Below, one piece after another: positions 8,053 through 17,157 of a stretch of 64,000 nt of DNA. The position numbers were made by a program, and so were the translations under genes. The notes under the pieces were generated by a model, which did not search any database, was not told where the DNA came from, and was given only the letters and a program-made list of their open reading frames with translations. Numbering within the stretch: position 1 is the first letter of the stretch; the number at the start of each line of letters is the position of its first letter. The stretch covers positions 186,001-250,000 of IMG/VR virus record IMGVR_UViG_3300042453_005404. One strand, written 5' to 3'.

Positions 8053-10005
8053 ATGTCAAAGTTTACATATGCACAACTAATGGAAGGTGTTCAACGCACC
8101 GTAGCAACAGCCGCTGACGACCGTATGGTTAGTAAGTGGTCCCGCACCGGTCTTCTTGAAGGTCTTTCAACCGCAGGCAAGCAAAAAATGGCTCGCCTTC
8201 TCGAAAACCAAGCAGTAGAAGTTCTCAAGGGTGGTTCGTCAATGCTTAATGAAAACCTTTCACTTTCAACCGGTGGTGCATCACTTGCATCATCTGGTCA
8301 AGTGGCAGGTTTCACAAACGTAGCATTCCCAATCGTTCGCCGTGTATTCGCTGGCCTCGTTGCCAACGAAATCGTATCGGTACAACCAATGTCGCTCCCA
8401 AGCGGCCTCTTGTTCTACCTTGATTACACCTACGGTTCATATGTTGGTGGTGATGCAGGCACATCTGGCAACCAATACGCAGTTGGTTCAGACCCCGGTG
8501 CAGCAACTTACGCCCGTGGCCAATCAATATACACCAACCCATCCGGTTCAGTAATCCGCACAAGCGGTTCACTCGCCGCTGGTGGTCAATATAACCTCAT
8601 TGGCTCAGGCTACTCAAAGGTTCACGTACAAGGCCAACTCCCAACAGGAGTGATTGCTCTCGGTCAATGGAACGATGGATCAACATGGGTAACTCAATCG
8701 GCAGTTACATCCGGCGCAGCTTTCGTTGGTTACAACGCACGCTTTGTGGATTATGATCCAACACTTTCAACAGACGTTGAAGCAGCACAACTTGATTATA
8801 CCTTCATGGTAGTAACAGCTTCTGCTCTTACAACAGCAATCAATGGTGCAGATCTCACCTCGGTCGAACAAATCGCAGTAACCGGTCTTGGTACTGCAAC
8901 CGCAACCTTTACGGCACCTCCACAAAAATACCAACAAGGTGAAGCAGTTCTTAACTTCCGTCGCTTTACCAAGCGTGGAAACTGGACCTCTGCTGGTGCG
9001 AGCTCAACCTTTACACCAGATCCATTCAACGGCTCACACCTTCTCTTTGTGCTGGGCCTTGCGAACGCACAATCTGTTGCCGCAGTATCTCTTGGTAACG
9101 TAGCAACGCAAATAACAGCTTCGTCTCCAATCGCTGATCAACTTTCAGTAAATGCAGACGGTTCAGCTCTCACCATTCCAAGCTTCGAATCTAACTTCGC
9201 TGTAGATGCATCACCACGCATCCCAGACGTAGATATCAAGATCGATTCAGTGGCAGTGACAGCAACAACCCGTAAGCTCCGTGCTCGCTGGTCACCAGAA
9301 ATGGCTCAAGACCTCACAGCATTCTACTCAATCGACGTAGAAGCAGAGCTCACAAACATTCTCTCCGAGATGATCACCCTCGATATCGACCGTGAAATTC
9401 TCAACGACCTACTCACACAAGCTCAAGCAGCTAACTACTTCTGGAGCCGTGCCCCCGGTCGCTTCGTCAACAAGTACACTGGTACCGAAGTTGCTCGTAC
9501 AAACACCGTTTATCCCGGTCCACAGTTCACAGGCACCGTCCGTGAATGGTACGAAACACTTATCGAAACCATCACAGACGCAGCAAACGTCATCCACAAG
9601 AAGACCCTTCGTGGCTCTGGCAACTTCATCGTGTGCTCACCAGAAGTGGGTACAATCCTTGAAGCAACAGTTGCTTACCGTGCCAACTACAAAATCGACG
9701 GTGACGGCCAAGTTCGTGACAACATGAGCATCGGCGCAGAAGCAGTCGGTACCGTAAACGGTCGCTACTCAGTGTTCGTTGACCCATACTTCCCAGTAAA
9801 CAAGATCCTTCTTGGTCTTAAGGGTTCAACCTTCCTTGAAAGCGGTTATATCTACGCTCCATACGTGCCACTAATCCTCACCCCCGTTATCTACGGCCAA
9901 GAGGACTTCACCCCACGTAAGGGCATCATGACCCGTTACGGCAAGAAGATGGTTCGTGCGGACTTCTATGCAACCGTAACCTGTCTCGATATGAGCATCA
10001 TCTGA
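8053..10005 (+). CDS. gp23: major capsid protein, T4 gp23-like, with a large insertion
   Basis: FPIVRRVF, SVQPMSLPSGLLFYLD, TRKLRARWSPEMAQDL, EITLDIDREI, YAPYVPL, GIMTRYG. Confidence 0.95.
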   Translation: MSKFTYAQLMEGVQRTVATAADDRMVSKWSRTGLLEGLSTAGKQKMARLLENQAVEVLKGGSSMLNENLSLSTGGASLASSGQVAGFTNVAFPIVRRVFAGLVANEIVSVQPMSLPSGLLFYLDYTYGSYVGGDAGTSGNQYAVGSDPGAATYARGQSIYTNPSGSVIRTSGSLAAGGQYNLIGSGYSKVHVQGQLPTGVIALGQWNDGSTWVTQSAVTSGAAFVGYNARFVDYDPTLSTDVEAAQLDYTFMVVTASALTTAINGADLTSVEQIAVTGLGTATATFTAPPQKYQQGEAVLNFRRFTKRGNWTSAGASSTFTPDPFNGSHLLFVLGLANAQSVAAVSLGNVATQITASSPIADQLSVNADGSALTIPSFESNFAVDASPRIPDVDIKIDSVAVTATTRKLRARWSPEMAQDLTAFYSIDVEAELTNILSEMITLDIDREILNDLLTQAQAANYFWSRAPGRFVNKYTGTEVARTNTVYPGPQFTGTVREWYETLIETITDAANVIHKKTLRGSGNFIVCSPEVGTILEATVAYRANYKIDGDGQVRDNMSIGAEAVGTVNGRYSVFVDPYFPVNKILLGLKGSTFLESGYIYAPYVPLILTPVIYGQEDFTPRKGIMTRYGKKMVRADFYATVTCLDMSII

Positions 10006-10031
10006 TTTGCCCTAGAAAACTAGGATAATAA

Positions 10032-10063
10032 AGAAGGAGCGGGTTTTTTAACCCGCTCCTTCT
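10032..10063. terminator. 14-bp stem hairpin between the capsid gene and the convergent ORF; probable bidirectional terminator
   Basis: AGAAGGAGCGGGTT-tttt-AACCCGCTCCTTCT. Confidence 0.85.
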
Positions 10064-10088
10064 GCATTTTAGAGATCAGAAAATTTTT

Positions 10089-10409
10089 TTAAGGGCTGAT
10101 TTTTTTCTTTTGAGTTGGAGGCCGTGCTGACTCTGCAACAACTACTGGTGCAGTTTCTGTTTGCGAAACTGCCGGGGCAGCTTGTTCCGTTTTAAAATTT
10201 TCTAAAGCAACCGCAAGTTCCTTTACAGAAGCTTGTAGGTTTTGTGCTTGTAAGACTTGTATTTGTTTTTGCAAATCAAGTACAACTTCTTCTAGGGTCT
10301 TGATTTTGCCTTCTATTGATTCCAAAGACTCTGTTGTGAGATCCCCAATAATTTTGATATGTTGTTTACCACCTGAGCCTGCGTATGTACCTTCTAGTGT
10401 TGCTTTCAT
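10089..10409 (-). CDS. hypothetical coiled-coil protein
   Basis: ORF track; AAAGGA RBS. Confidence 0.65.
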   Translation of the reverse strand: MKATLEGTYAGSGGKQHIKIIGDLTTESLESIEGKIKTLEEVVLDLQKQIQVLQAQNLQASVKELAVALENFKTEQAAPAVSQTETAPVVVAESARPPTQKKKISP

Positions 10410-10487
10410 TTAATAAAATCCTTTCTTCTTGCTATCTTATATATAAGAAAACAAATTGTTCATATTTAACATTTAGAGAGAAATATA

Positions 10488-13112
10488 ATGATAAATTTCT
10501 TAAAAGAAGGCGGAAATGTTTTCAAGGATAAGAAAACAGGTAAAGAACTTACGCAAAGAATTAATCAACAAGATGTGCTACCAACAGTTCAATGGTTAGA
10601 ACAGCAAACAGGTTTAAATCTTGTTGATAACATGCTTGGAACAACGGGCAAGAAAGCCACCAGTGGAGACTTAGATCTTGGTGTTGATGAAAATCAAATC
10701 TCTAAAGATGAACTCGTTACAAAACTTCTTATAATTAAAGGTATTGGTAAAGATGATGTTAAGAAAGGTGGAAATAATGTCCACTTAAAAACACCTATTG
10801 CTGGAGATCCTTCTAATGGATTCGTTCAAACAGACTTTATGTTTGGAGATCCAGAATGGATGAAGTTCTCTATGCAGGGTGGAGGGCACAACTCACCTTA
10901 TCGTGGAACACACAAACATATTCTTCTTGCAAGTATTGCCAAGGCAACAAAATCAAAAGAACATCCAGAAGGTATGAAATGGTCATATCTAAATGGTCTT
11001 ATGGATAGAGCAACAGATAAAACTATTTCAAAAGATCCAGATACTATAGCAGAGATACTTCTTGGTTCCGGTCATTCTGGTCTAGATCTTTCTAACGTTG
11101 AAACAATTGTTAATGCGATTAAGGATCGCCCAGAGTTTGATGAACTTGTTGCGGAAGCAAATGAAACTTTTGCAAAAGATAAGTCACATCCTGTTCCTCC
11201 TGTAACAAGAATGTTGCAAGAAGGTTTGGAAAATCGTATACAGCATCCAGAAGACATGATTTACTGGGAAGGTTCAAGAGGGGCACAGAAGGCTATAAAC
11301 GGCTTATTAGAGCTCGCAGAGAATGCAACCAGTACAACTACTGTTAAATGGGATGGATCGCCTGCAATCGTTTTTGGTATTGATAAAGACGATAAATTTA
11401 TTTTAACTGACAAAGGTGGTTTTACAGTTAAGAGTTACAAGGGCAGAGCAGAATCTCAAGAAGAACTTGAAAGTATGATTAAAGCCCGTGGAGAAAAAGC
11501 GGGTAAAGATTATTCTGAATTTGCTTCTAGTTTGTCTGGTATATTTGAGCCTTTTAAAACAGCTTTAAAACAAATAGACAAAGAATCAGGACAAGGAGTA
11601 TTTTTTAAAGGCGATCTTCTTTACATGAGAAAGCCAACCTTGGTTGATGGTCAATTTGAATTCAAACCAAACGTTGTAACATATAGAGTTCCTGCCGAAT
11701 CAGAATTAGGTAAAAAGATTGCAAATAGTACAATAGGAGTTGTGCTACATGGAATTATAAAGGAAGAAGCAGATGGTAGCACAACAGAAGAATCTTTGGA
11801 AGATATAACAAGTTATTTCCATGGGGATTTATCTTCTGGTGGATTGTCTGCTGGACCTGTATTGATTTTTGCCCCAGTTTTTGTAAACGATGTTCCAAAG
11901 TTCGAATTGGAAATGGTAAAAAAAGCAGAGGATTTGCAAGAAAAGATTGAAAGTTCTTCAGCAAGCATTGATTCTGTTTTGGACGATTCAGAACTAACCG
12001 CAAAAAAAATGAAAGATTTGCCTGATGTCTTATATTCGTATACAAACTCAAAAGCAGATAATTTTTCAACTGTTTCTTCTAACGATTTTAAGTCTTTTAT
12101 AGAAAACAATCAAAAACTTTCCAAGTCAAAAATAACCAGCATTCTTGCTTACATCGAAAGCAAGCAAAATGGTTTCAGAATTCTTTTTCAAATTGTTAAA
12201 GAAATAGAACAACTCAAAAATGAGCTTGTGTCACAGTTTGACAGGCAAAGCACAGCCGTAAAAGCTTTTATCGGATCAACTCCCGGCGGCGAAGGTTATG
12301 TTGTCAAAGGATCATCTGGGCTTATTAAATTGGTTAATCGGGGTGGATTTACTGCCGCTAACCGTGCTTTGATACGTGAAGAAAAAACAGACAGGTTAAA
12401 AGCTATGAAAAAAATTGGATATTATCCCGGTTCATTTAAACCTTTTCATCGTGGACATTATGAAAGTATTTTAGATGCTAAAAACAAGGTTGATGAACTA
12501 AATGTGATTGCATCAGCTAGCGACAGAGTTCGTCCCGGTGAATTTCCTCTAAGTGGTCAAGTTTCAAAAGATTATCTGGAAAAATATATCAAACCAGCAC
12601 TTAAAGAAGAAGGTATAAATCTTATCATTTCTACCGGCTCTCCAGTTACAGATGTTTTTGAATTGATTGAAGAGCAATCTACTCAAGATATTTTTGTTTA
12701 CTTGTTTGCTGGTCCAGATGATTTAGATAGATTTAGGCCAGACTCCATAAAAAGAACTTTCCCAAAACTATCTAAAAAGCAAAGAATAAAGGTTGAACCA
12801 ACCAAAGTTATTATGGGTGGAGATGGAGAAGAGCGTATTTCTGGAACAGCTACAAGACAAGCATTAGAAGACAATGATCTTAGCGGTTTCAAGGCAATGC
12901 TTCCAAACATTCCTTCTGTTCAGAAAGATGCAAAAAAGATTATGAATGCTTTTAAGACAGCAGGCAAAAAAATTGCCGAAGAAGAAGCAGAAAAAGCAGC
13001 AGCAAAAGCAGCAGCAAAAAAAACCAAAAGCAAAACTATAAAAAAAGAATCTGTATTGTTTGAATTTATTGTGTTGCTATTAAAAGAGCAAATAATTTTG
13101 AACAAAAAATGA
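10488..13112 (+). CDS. multidomain nucleotidyltransferase: Pol-beta-like NTase + ligase-like KxDG domain + HIGH-motif adenylyl/cytidylyltransferase
   Basis: LGTTGKKATSGDLDLGVD; TTVKWDGSPAIVFG; YYPGSFKPFHRGH and ISGTATR. Confidence 0.7.
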   Translation: MINFLKEGGNVFKDKKTGKELTQRINQQDVLPTVQWLEQQTGLNLVDNMLGTTGKKATSGDLDLGVDENQISKDELVTKLLIIKGIGKDDVKKGGNNVHLKTPIAGDPSNGFVQTDFMFGDPEWMKFSMQGGGHNSPYRGTHKHILLASIAKATKSKEHPEGMKWSYLNGLMDRATDKTISKDPDTIAEILLGSGHSGLDLSNVETIVNAIKDRPEFDELVAEANETFAKDKSHPVPPVTRMLQEGLENRIQHPEDMIYWEGSRGAQKAINGLLELAENATSTTTVKWDGSPAIVFGIDKDDKFILTDKGGFTVKSYKGRAESQEELESMIKARGEKAGKDYSEFASSLSGIFEPFKTALKQIDKESGQGVFFKGDLLYMRKPTLVDGQFEFKPNVVTYRVPAESELGKKIANSTIGVVLHGIIKEEADGSTTEESLEDITSYFHGDLSSGGLSAGPVLIFAPVFVNDVPKFELEMVKKAEDLQEKIESSSASIDSVLDDSELTAKKMKDLPDVLYSYTNSKADNFSTVSSNDFKSFIENNQKLSKSKITSILAYIESKQNGFRILFQIVKEIEQLKNELVSQFDRQSTAVKAFIGSTPGGEGYVVKGSSGLIKLVNRGGFTAANRALIREEKTDRLKAMKKIGYYPGSFKPFHRGHYESILDAKNKVDELNVIASASDRVRPGEFPLSGQVSKDYLEKYIKPALKEEGINLIISTGSPVTDVFELIEEQSTQDIFVYLFAGPDDLDRFRPDSIKRTFPKLSKKQRIKVEPTKVIMGGDGEERISGTATRQALEDNDLSGFKAMLPNIPSVQKDAKKIMNAFKTAGKKIAEEEAEKAAAKAAAKKTKSKTIKKESVLFEFIVLLLKEQIILNKK

Positions 13113-13170
13113 AAGTTTCTAAATCACGTATTACTTATATGCATGGCTGGATGCCAAAGGAGAATTTAAA

Positions 13171-13374
13171 ATGAAAGTTACTGTAGGACAACTCAAGACA
13201 TTGATTCGGGAAGCAGCAGCAGAAGCTATGGAAGAAATGGGTGATCGCCATGATCCTTCTTTGGAAGAAGACGTTATGGAAGAAGACACACTTCATGAAG
13301 CAGTTACCCGTGCATTCCGTGCTGGTTATCAACGTGGAGTCAAAGCTGCAACAGCCCGTTACCGCCGCCGCTGA
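13171..13374 (+). CDS. small probable internal head protein
   Basis: MKVTVGQLKTLIREAA with further AME, SLE, VME, LHE sites; GGAG RBS; TTACTTAT motif at 13131. Confidence 0.7.
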   Translation: MKVTVGQLKTLIREAAAEAMEEMGDRHDPSLEEDVMEEDTLHEAVTRAFRAGYQRGVKAATARYRRR

Positions 13375-13390
13375 ACAACAATCAATAATA

Positions 13391-13425
13391 AAAGACTTGC
13401 ATGATGTAACAATCTGCAAGTCTTT
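13391..13425. terminator. hairpin between convergent genes
   Basis: AAAGACTTGCA...TGCAAGTCTTT followed by a T-rich tract. Confidence 0.7.
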
Positions 13426-13432
13426 TTCTTTT

Positions 13433-14080
13433 TCAGTGTGCTTTAATCAAACGTGAACTGATTTTTAGATGTTTCCCAAATTTTCTGTTCAAATCTGGGT
13501 CAAATTTTAAACTTTTTACAGCCTCAACATTTAGACGACTGTCATCAAAAAACTCAATGTGTGGAATGTTTTCAGACAACATGGCTTGTTTGATCCATTC
13601 ACTTTTTAGTTCTGGTTTTGATCCAGACAAAGTTATAACAGGAATATCAATACCAAGCGATTTAAGAAACGCTTTAATGTTTTCGTTTGCGTCATGGCCT
13701 CTTGCTGTAAGAATAACAGCAGGAAAAGATGATTCTTTTCTTAGCTTGCTCACAACTTTACGTAAGATTTCAAAAGTAAAATCAATGATTTTTGGATCTC
13801 TTACTTCGGCAAACTCTCGATAATCATATTTGTATTCTTTTTCTGGATGTTTTTCAAACACAGCATATTCAGCTGGAGTGATTGCATATTCTTCGCCTAG
13901 TTGTTCTCCAGTTTCTTTATCGTATTCACTTACCCAAACTTTTGAGTTCGTTTTGGCTAGAGTATCGTCAAAGTCAAACACACGTAGCGTTTTTAAACCA
14001 GTACGTCCAGACACAACACCTAAATTTTCTAACTCCTCTAAGATCAATATTTTAATAGCGTTATATACTTCACGTTTCAT
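13433..14080 (-). CDS. HAD-superfamily phosphatase
   Basis: DxDxT motif VFDFDDTLAKT, ILTARG, K, FFDDS. Confidence 0.8.
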   Translation of the reverse strand: MKREVYNAIKILILEELENLGVVSGRTGLKTLRVFDFDDTLAKTNSKVWVSEYDKETGEQLGEEYAITPAEYAVFEKHPEKEYKYDYREFAEVRDPKIIDFTFEILRKVVSKLRKESSFPAVILTARGHDANENIKAFLKSLGIDIPVITLSGSKPELKSEWIKQAMLSENIPHIEFFDDSRLNVEAVKSLKFDPDLNRKFGKHLKISSRLIKAH

Positions 14081-14091
14081 ATCAAGCCCTG

Positions 14092-14107
14092 TACTTATAC
14101 ATAAGTA
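14092..14107. promoter_or_regulatory. palindromic pair of late-promoter-like motifs between divergent genes
   Basis: TACTTAT-AC-ATAAGTA between the ATG at 14080 (-) and the ATG at 14109 (+). Confidence 0.55.
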
Positions 14108-14108
14108 T

Positions 14109-15365
14109 ATGAGTACATTTAATACAACTCTAAAACCTACGTCATTTGGTTTTTACGACAAGTACCAACTGTTCCAGCAAGATGCTGATAATATGGTTAC
14201 GTTCGTTCTTAGGTTTCTTGGAGAAGACGTTTTATCTGTTGAACTAACCAAGCGTCAAATCTGGGATAACTTCGAACAAGCTACCCGTGAGTTCAATGGT
14301 AAAATGATTGAATACCAAAACGTATCCAATCTTTCAAATCTTCTTGGTTCTCCAACAGGTAGTATCGATGTTAATGGCAACCCTTCCATTAACGTTACCG
14401 ACATGTACGTTCAGCCAAACTTAGAATATTTGTTAACTCTTGCTGCTCCATATGCAGGTGTTGTAGGCTACGCCCAAGATGAGCAAACGTATCTTGGTTA
14501 TATTACCATGGTTAACACCAAACAAGAATACGATTTATATACCGATCTTGTTGATAAAAATGGTACACCGGTATGGAATCTACAACCAAGTGGTTCTGTT
14601 GGAAGTATGCAAGTTGTTGAAGTATTTCATAATGCACCTGTTCAATATGTCTTCAACTCAAACCTTGCAAGTAACTTCGTAGCAACAGGTCTTCCTGTAG
14701 AGTCGTACATCCCAGACACACGCTTTTATGTTCTTCCATTGTTTGAAGACGTGTTGAGAGCAGGAATGTTAGAAGCCGCACAAAGAGTTCGCAGATCACA
14801 TTACAGCTACAAGATTTCTGGACGTAGCATTAGAATATATCCAACACCAAACAGTCTTGTTCCCGGTTACAACAACCGTGTTTGGATTCGTGTTAGATTT
14901 ACCAGACAACCTTTTCCAACACTTGCTAATAGTATTGTTAACAGTGGTTCTGCTTATTCACCAGTTGGCTCTGGTTCTGCTGGATCATATGAGCAAGATA
15001 AGATTTACGGCGTCAACGGTCCATTTACAGCGCCGTTTGGGCCATTGAACTATAACAGTTTAAATATGTGGTGCAGAAACTGGATTGCGCAAATGACTTT
15101 AGCTCTTTGCACCATCCAGCTTGGACGTATTCGTAGTAAGTTCAAGAGTATGCCTATTCCCGGCGCTGATCTTACTCTCAACGGCGATGATCTTATCTCT
15201 CAAGGTAAAGAAGACAAAGAAAAACTTATGACAACGCTCAAAGAAACTTTGGATAACTTGACTTACGACAAAATCGCTGAACGTGAAGCAGCAAAAGCAG
15301 AAAATGCTGTAAAACAACTAGCATTTATACCTATGCCACCAAAATATGCGATTGGTATATTTTAG
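14109..15365 (+). CDS. neck/head-completion protein, T4 gp13-like (true start 14109, not 13830)
   Basis: FLGEDVLSVELTKRQIWDNF N-terminal motif; LTLNGDDLISQG; the upstream in-frame extension overlaps the HAD gene antisense. Confidence 0.7.
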   Translation: MSTFNTTLKPTSFGFYDKYQLFQQDADNMVTFVLRFLGEDVLSVELTKRQIWDNFEQATREFNGKMIEYQNVSNLSNLLGSPTGSIDVNGNPSINVTDMYVQPNLEYLLTLAAPYAGVVGYAQDEQTYLGYITMVNTKQEYDLYTDLVDKNGTPVWNLQPSGSVGSMQVVEVFHNAPVQYVFNSNLASNFVATGLPVESYIPDTRFYVLPLFEDVLRAGMLEAAQRVRRSHYSYKISGRSIRIYPTPNSLVPGYNNRVWIRVRFTRQPFPTLANSIVNSGSAYSPVGSGSAGSYEQDKIYGVNGPFTAPFGPLNYNSLNMWCRNWIAQMTLALCTIQLGRIRSKFKSMPIPGADLTLNGDDLISQGKEDKEKLMTTLKETLDNLTYDKIAEREAAKAENAVKQLAFIPMPPKYAIGIF

Positions 15366-15379
15366 CCTGTAAAACCTGC

Positions 15380-15407
15380 CCTCTCCCCTATATACTAGTA
15401 GGAGAGG
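15380..15407 (+). promoter_or_regulatory. hairpin sequestering the RBS of the GIY-YIG gene, with a promoter-like loop
   Basis: CCTCTCC(cc)TA-tatactag-TAGGAGAGG, ATG at 15417. Confidence 0.6.
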
Positions 15408-15416
15408 TAACGTTTT

Positions 15417-16382
15417 ATGGAATACAAATACGAAGGTCATTCACTTAAATCCGGTATCTACAAAATCACAAACAAACTAAACGGAAGAATCTATATTGGT
15501 TCTGCTAAACGTTTCAAGGAACGGTGGCAATCTCACGTTTACTCTCTGAGAAATCAAAAACACAACAATAGTTTTCTTCAAGCGGATTTTAACAAATGCG
15601 GAGAAGAAGCATTTGTGTTCGAAGTATTGGAAGTTACAGAAGGCAAAACTAAAGAAGAACGTTTGTTGATTGAAGAAGTTTATATCGGGCAATATTACGA
15701 CAAAGGTAACAGCTGCTATAATCTGTGTAGCCGAGCGATATCTAGAGAAAACACAAAAAGCAAAAACCCAGAAGAAACAAAACGCAAGATATCGGCTGCC
15801 ACAAAAAAGATGTGGCAAGACCCAGAAAAAGCGGCTAGTATACGCAGCTCTATGAAAAGTGCGCTATCAGATCCAGAGACAGCCAAGCGTCATCAAGAGG
15901 GTCGCATTCGTTCGTGGGAAAACAATCAAGAACGTCGTGCCGCTGCTTCGCAACGTATGTCAGAACGTATGACAAACAATACGGAAGAAACAGAGAAAGT
16001 TGTAGAGATTCTAAAAGCATCACAACCTAAAGGCAGAGACACTTTTAGGAAACGAATGAAAGAAGATACAGAGCTTCGACAAACTTATGTTGATATTGCA
16101 AAAAAGAAAGCTGAAAATCTAAACGAGAGATACAAGAATGATGCTGAGTATAAAGCGATGATGGATAGAAAATCTATAGAGAACATCAAAGCGTATAACG
16201 AAAAACAAGCACAAAGCATACCAGTCAAAGCTCCTTTGGTATCACCAGATGGAATAGTTTATTCAGATGTTCGCAGTTTGAATGCATTTGCCAAAGAACA
16301 TGGTTTAGATTCAAGTTCTCTTTACAAGCTTTATTCTGGCAAGCTGAACGAAGTAAAAGGTTGGAAGCTATTTATAGAATAG
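15417..16382 (+). mobile_element. free-standing GIY-YIG homing endonuclease
   Basis: SGIYKITNKLNGRIYIGSAKRFKERW, FEVLE, E, YNL; helical linker; C-terminal NUMOD1/HTH-like module. Confidence 0.9.
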
Positions 16383-16418
16383 TGTAAAATGCCCCCTCTT
16401 CACTACACAGGATAAATC

Positions 16419-17138
16419 ATGGCAAGACTATTCATTGGTTTAAGAGAAGTTCAGTTCATCAACGATTTGACGAAGGAGTTCATAAAAGATGTTGCTGGGC
16501 AAGTGATTCACTATTTTCCTGTGTCGGCCATTAAAAGCTCTGTGCATAAGATTTACAACGAGTCGCTGCAAAAGATTTTTGAGAATCCTATTTCTATTCC
16601 TGCTCTTGTAGGAATGCCAGAGTATTCAAGCAAAACAACAAACTTTGGTCCAGACATTGAAGCCAAGATTGAAGTACTTGTACAGTTCAAAGATTTGCAA
16701 GACAAAAAGATTGTTGTAAGCGAAGGTGATTTCTTTTCGTATGACGATATGTTTTATGAAGTGCTTACCGTTGTCAACGTTGGCAAAAATATTTTTGGTT
16801 TAGCTGAATATAACACAGCATGGAAGATTACAGCACGTTCTGCAAGACTTAATCAAATGGATGTACCCAACCTTCCCGATCCTAGACTTGCTCCAGAAGA
16901 TATTCAAGTTACGTTTCAGCAGCAACGTGGTTTGCCATTAATGAATGATGGAAAAGAAACTGGAGACGTTCGTGAAATGAGAGAACGTCTCGGACAAGAT
17001 ATGGCTCCTATTGCTCTTGGAACAGGCCAACGTTCTGTTGAACCAAACGTAGGCGAAGAAGGTAACTTTATTGAAGGAGAAACTCCAAGCTTTAACAACG
17101 ATCCGCTGCCTCCCAAAAAAGGAATATATGATGAATGA
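16419..17138 (+). CDS. head-closure/neck protein, T4 gp14-like
   Basis: EFIKDVAGQVIHYFP, IYNES, EGDFF pattern; synteny between gp13-like and gp15-like genes. Confidence 0.6.
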   Translation: MARLFIGLREVQFINDLTKEFIKDVAGQVIHYFPVSAIKSSVHKIYNESLQKIFENPISIPALVGMPEYSSKTTNFGPDIEAKIEVLVQFKDLQDKKIVVSEGDFFSYDDMFYEVLTVVNVGKNIFGLAEYNTAWKITARSARLNQMDVPNLPDPRLAPEDIQVTFQQQRGLPLMNDGKETGDVREMRERLGQDMAPIALGTGQRSVEPNVGEEGNFIEGETPSFNNDPLPPKKGIYDE

Positions 17139-17157
17139 TGTTGTCTAGTTATATTGC

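Noticed and set aside
13830-14108. N-terminal extension of the neck ORF
   Set aside because: It overlaps the HAD gene antisense; the family-like N-terminus and promoter motif point to the ATG at 14109.
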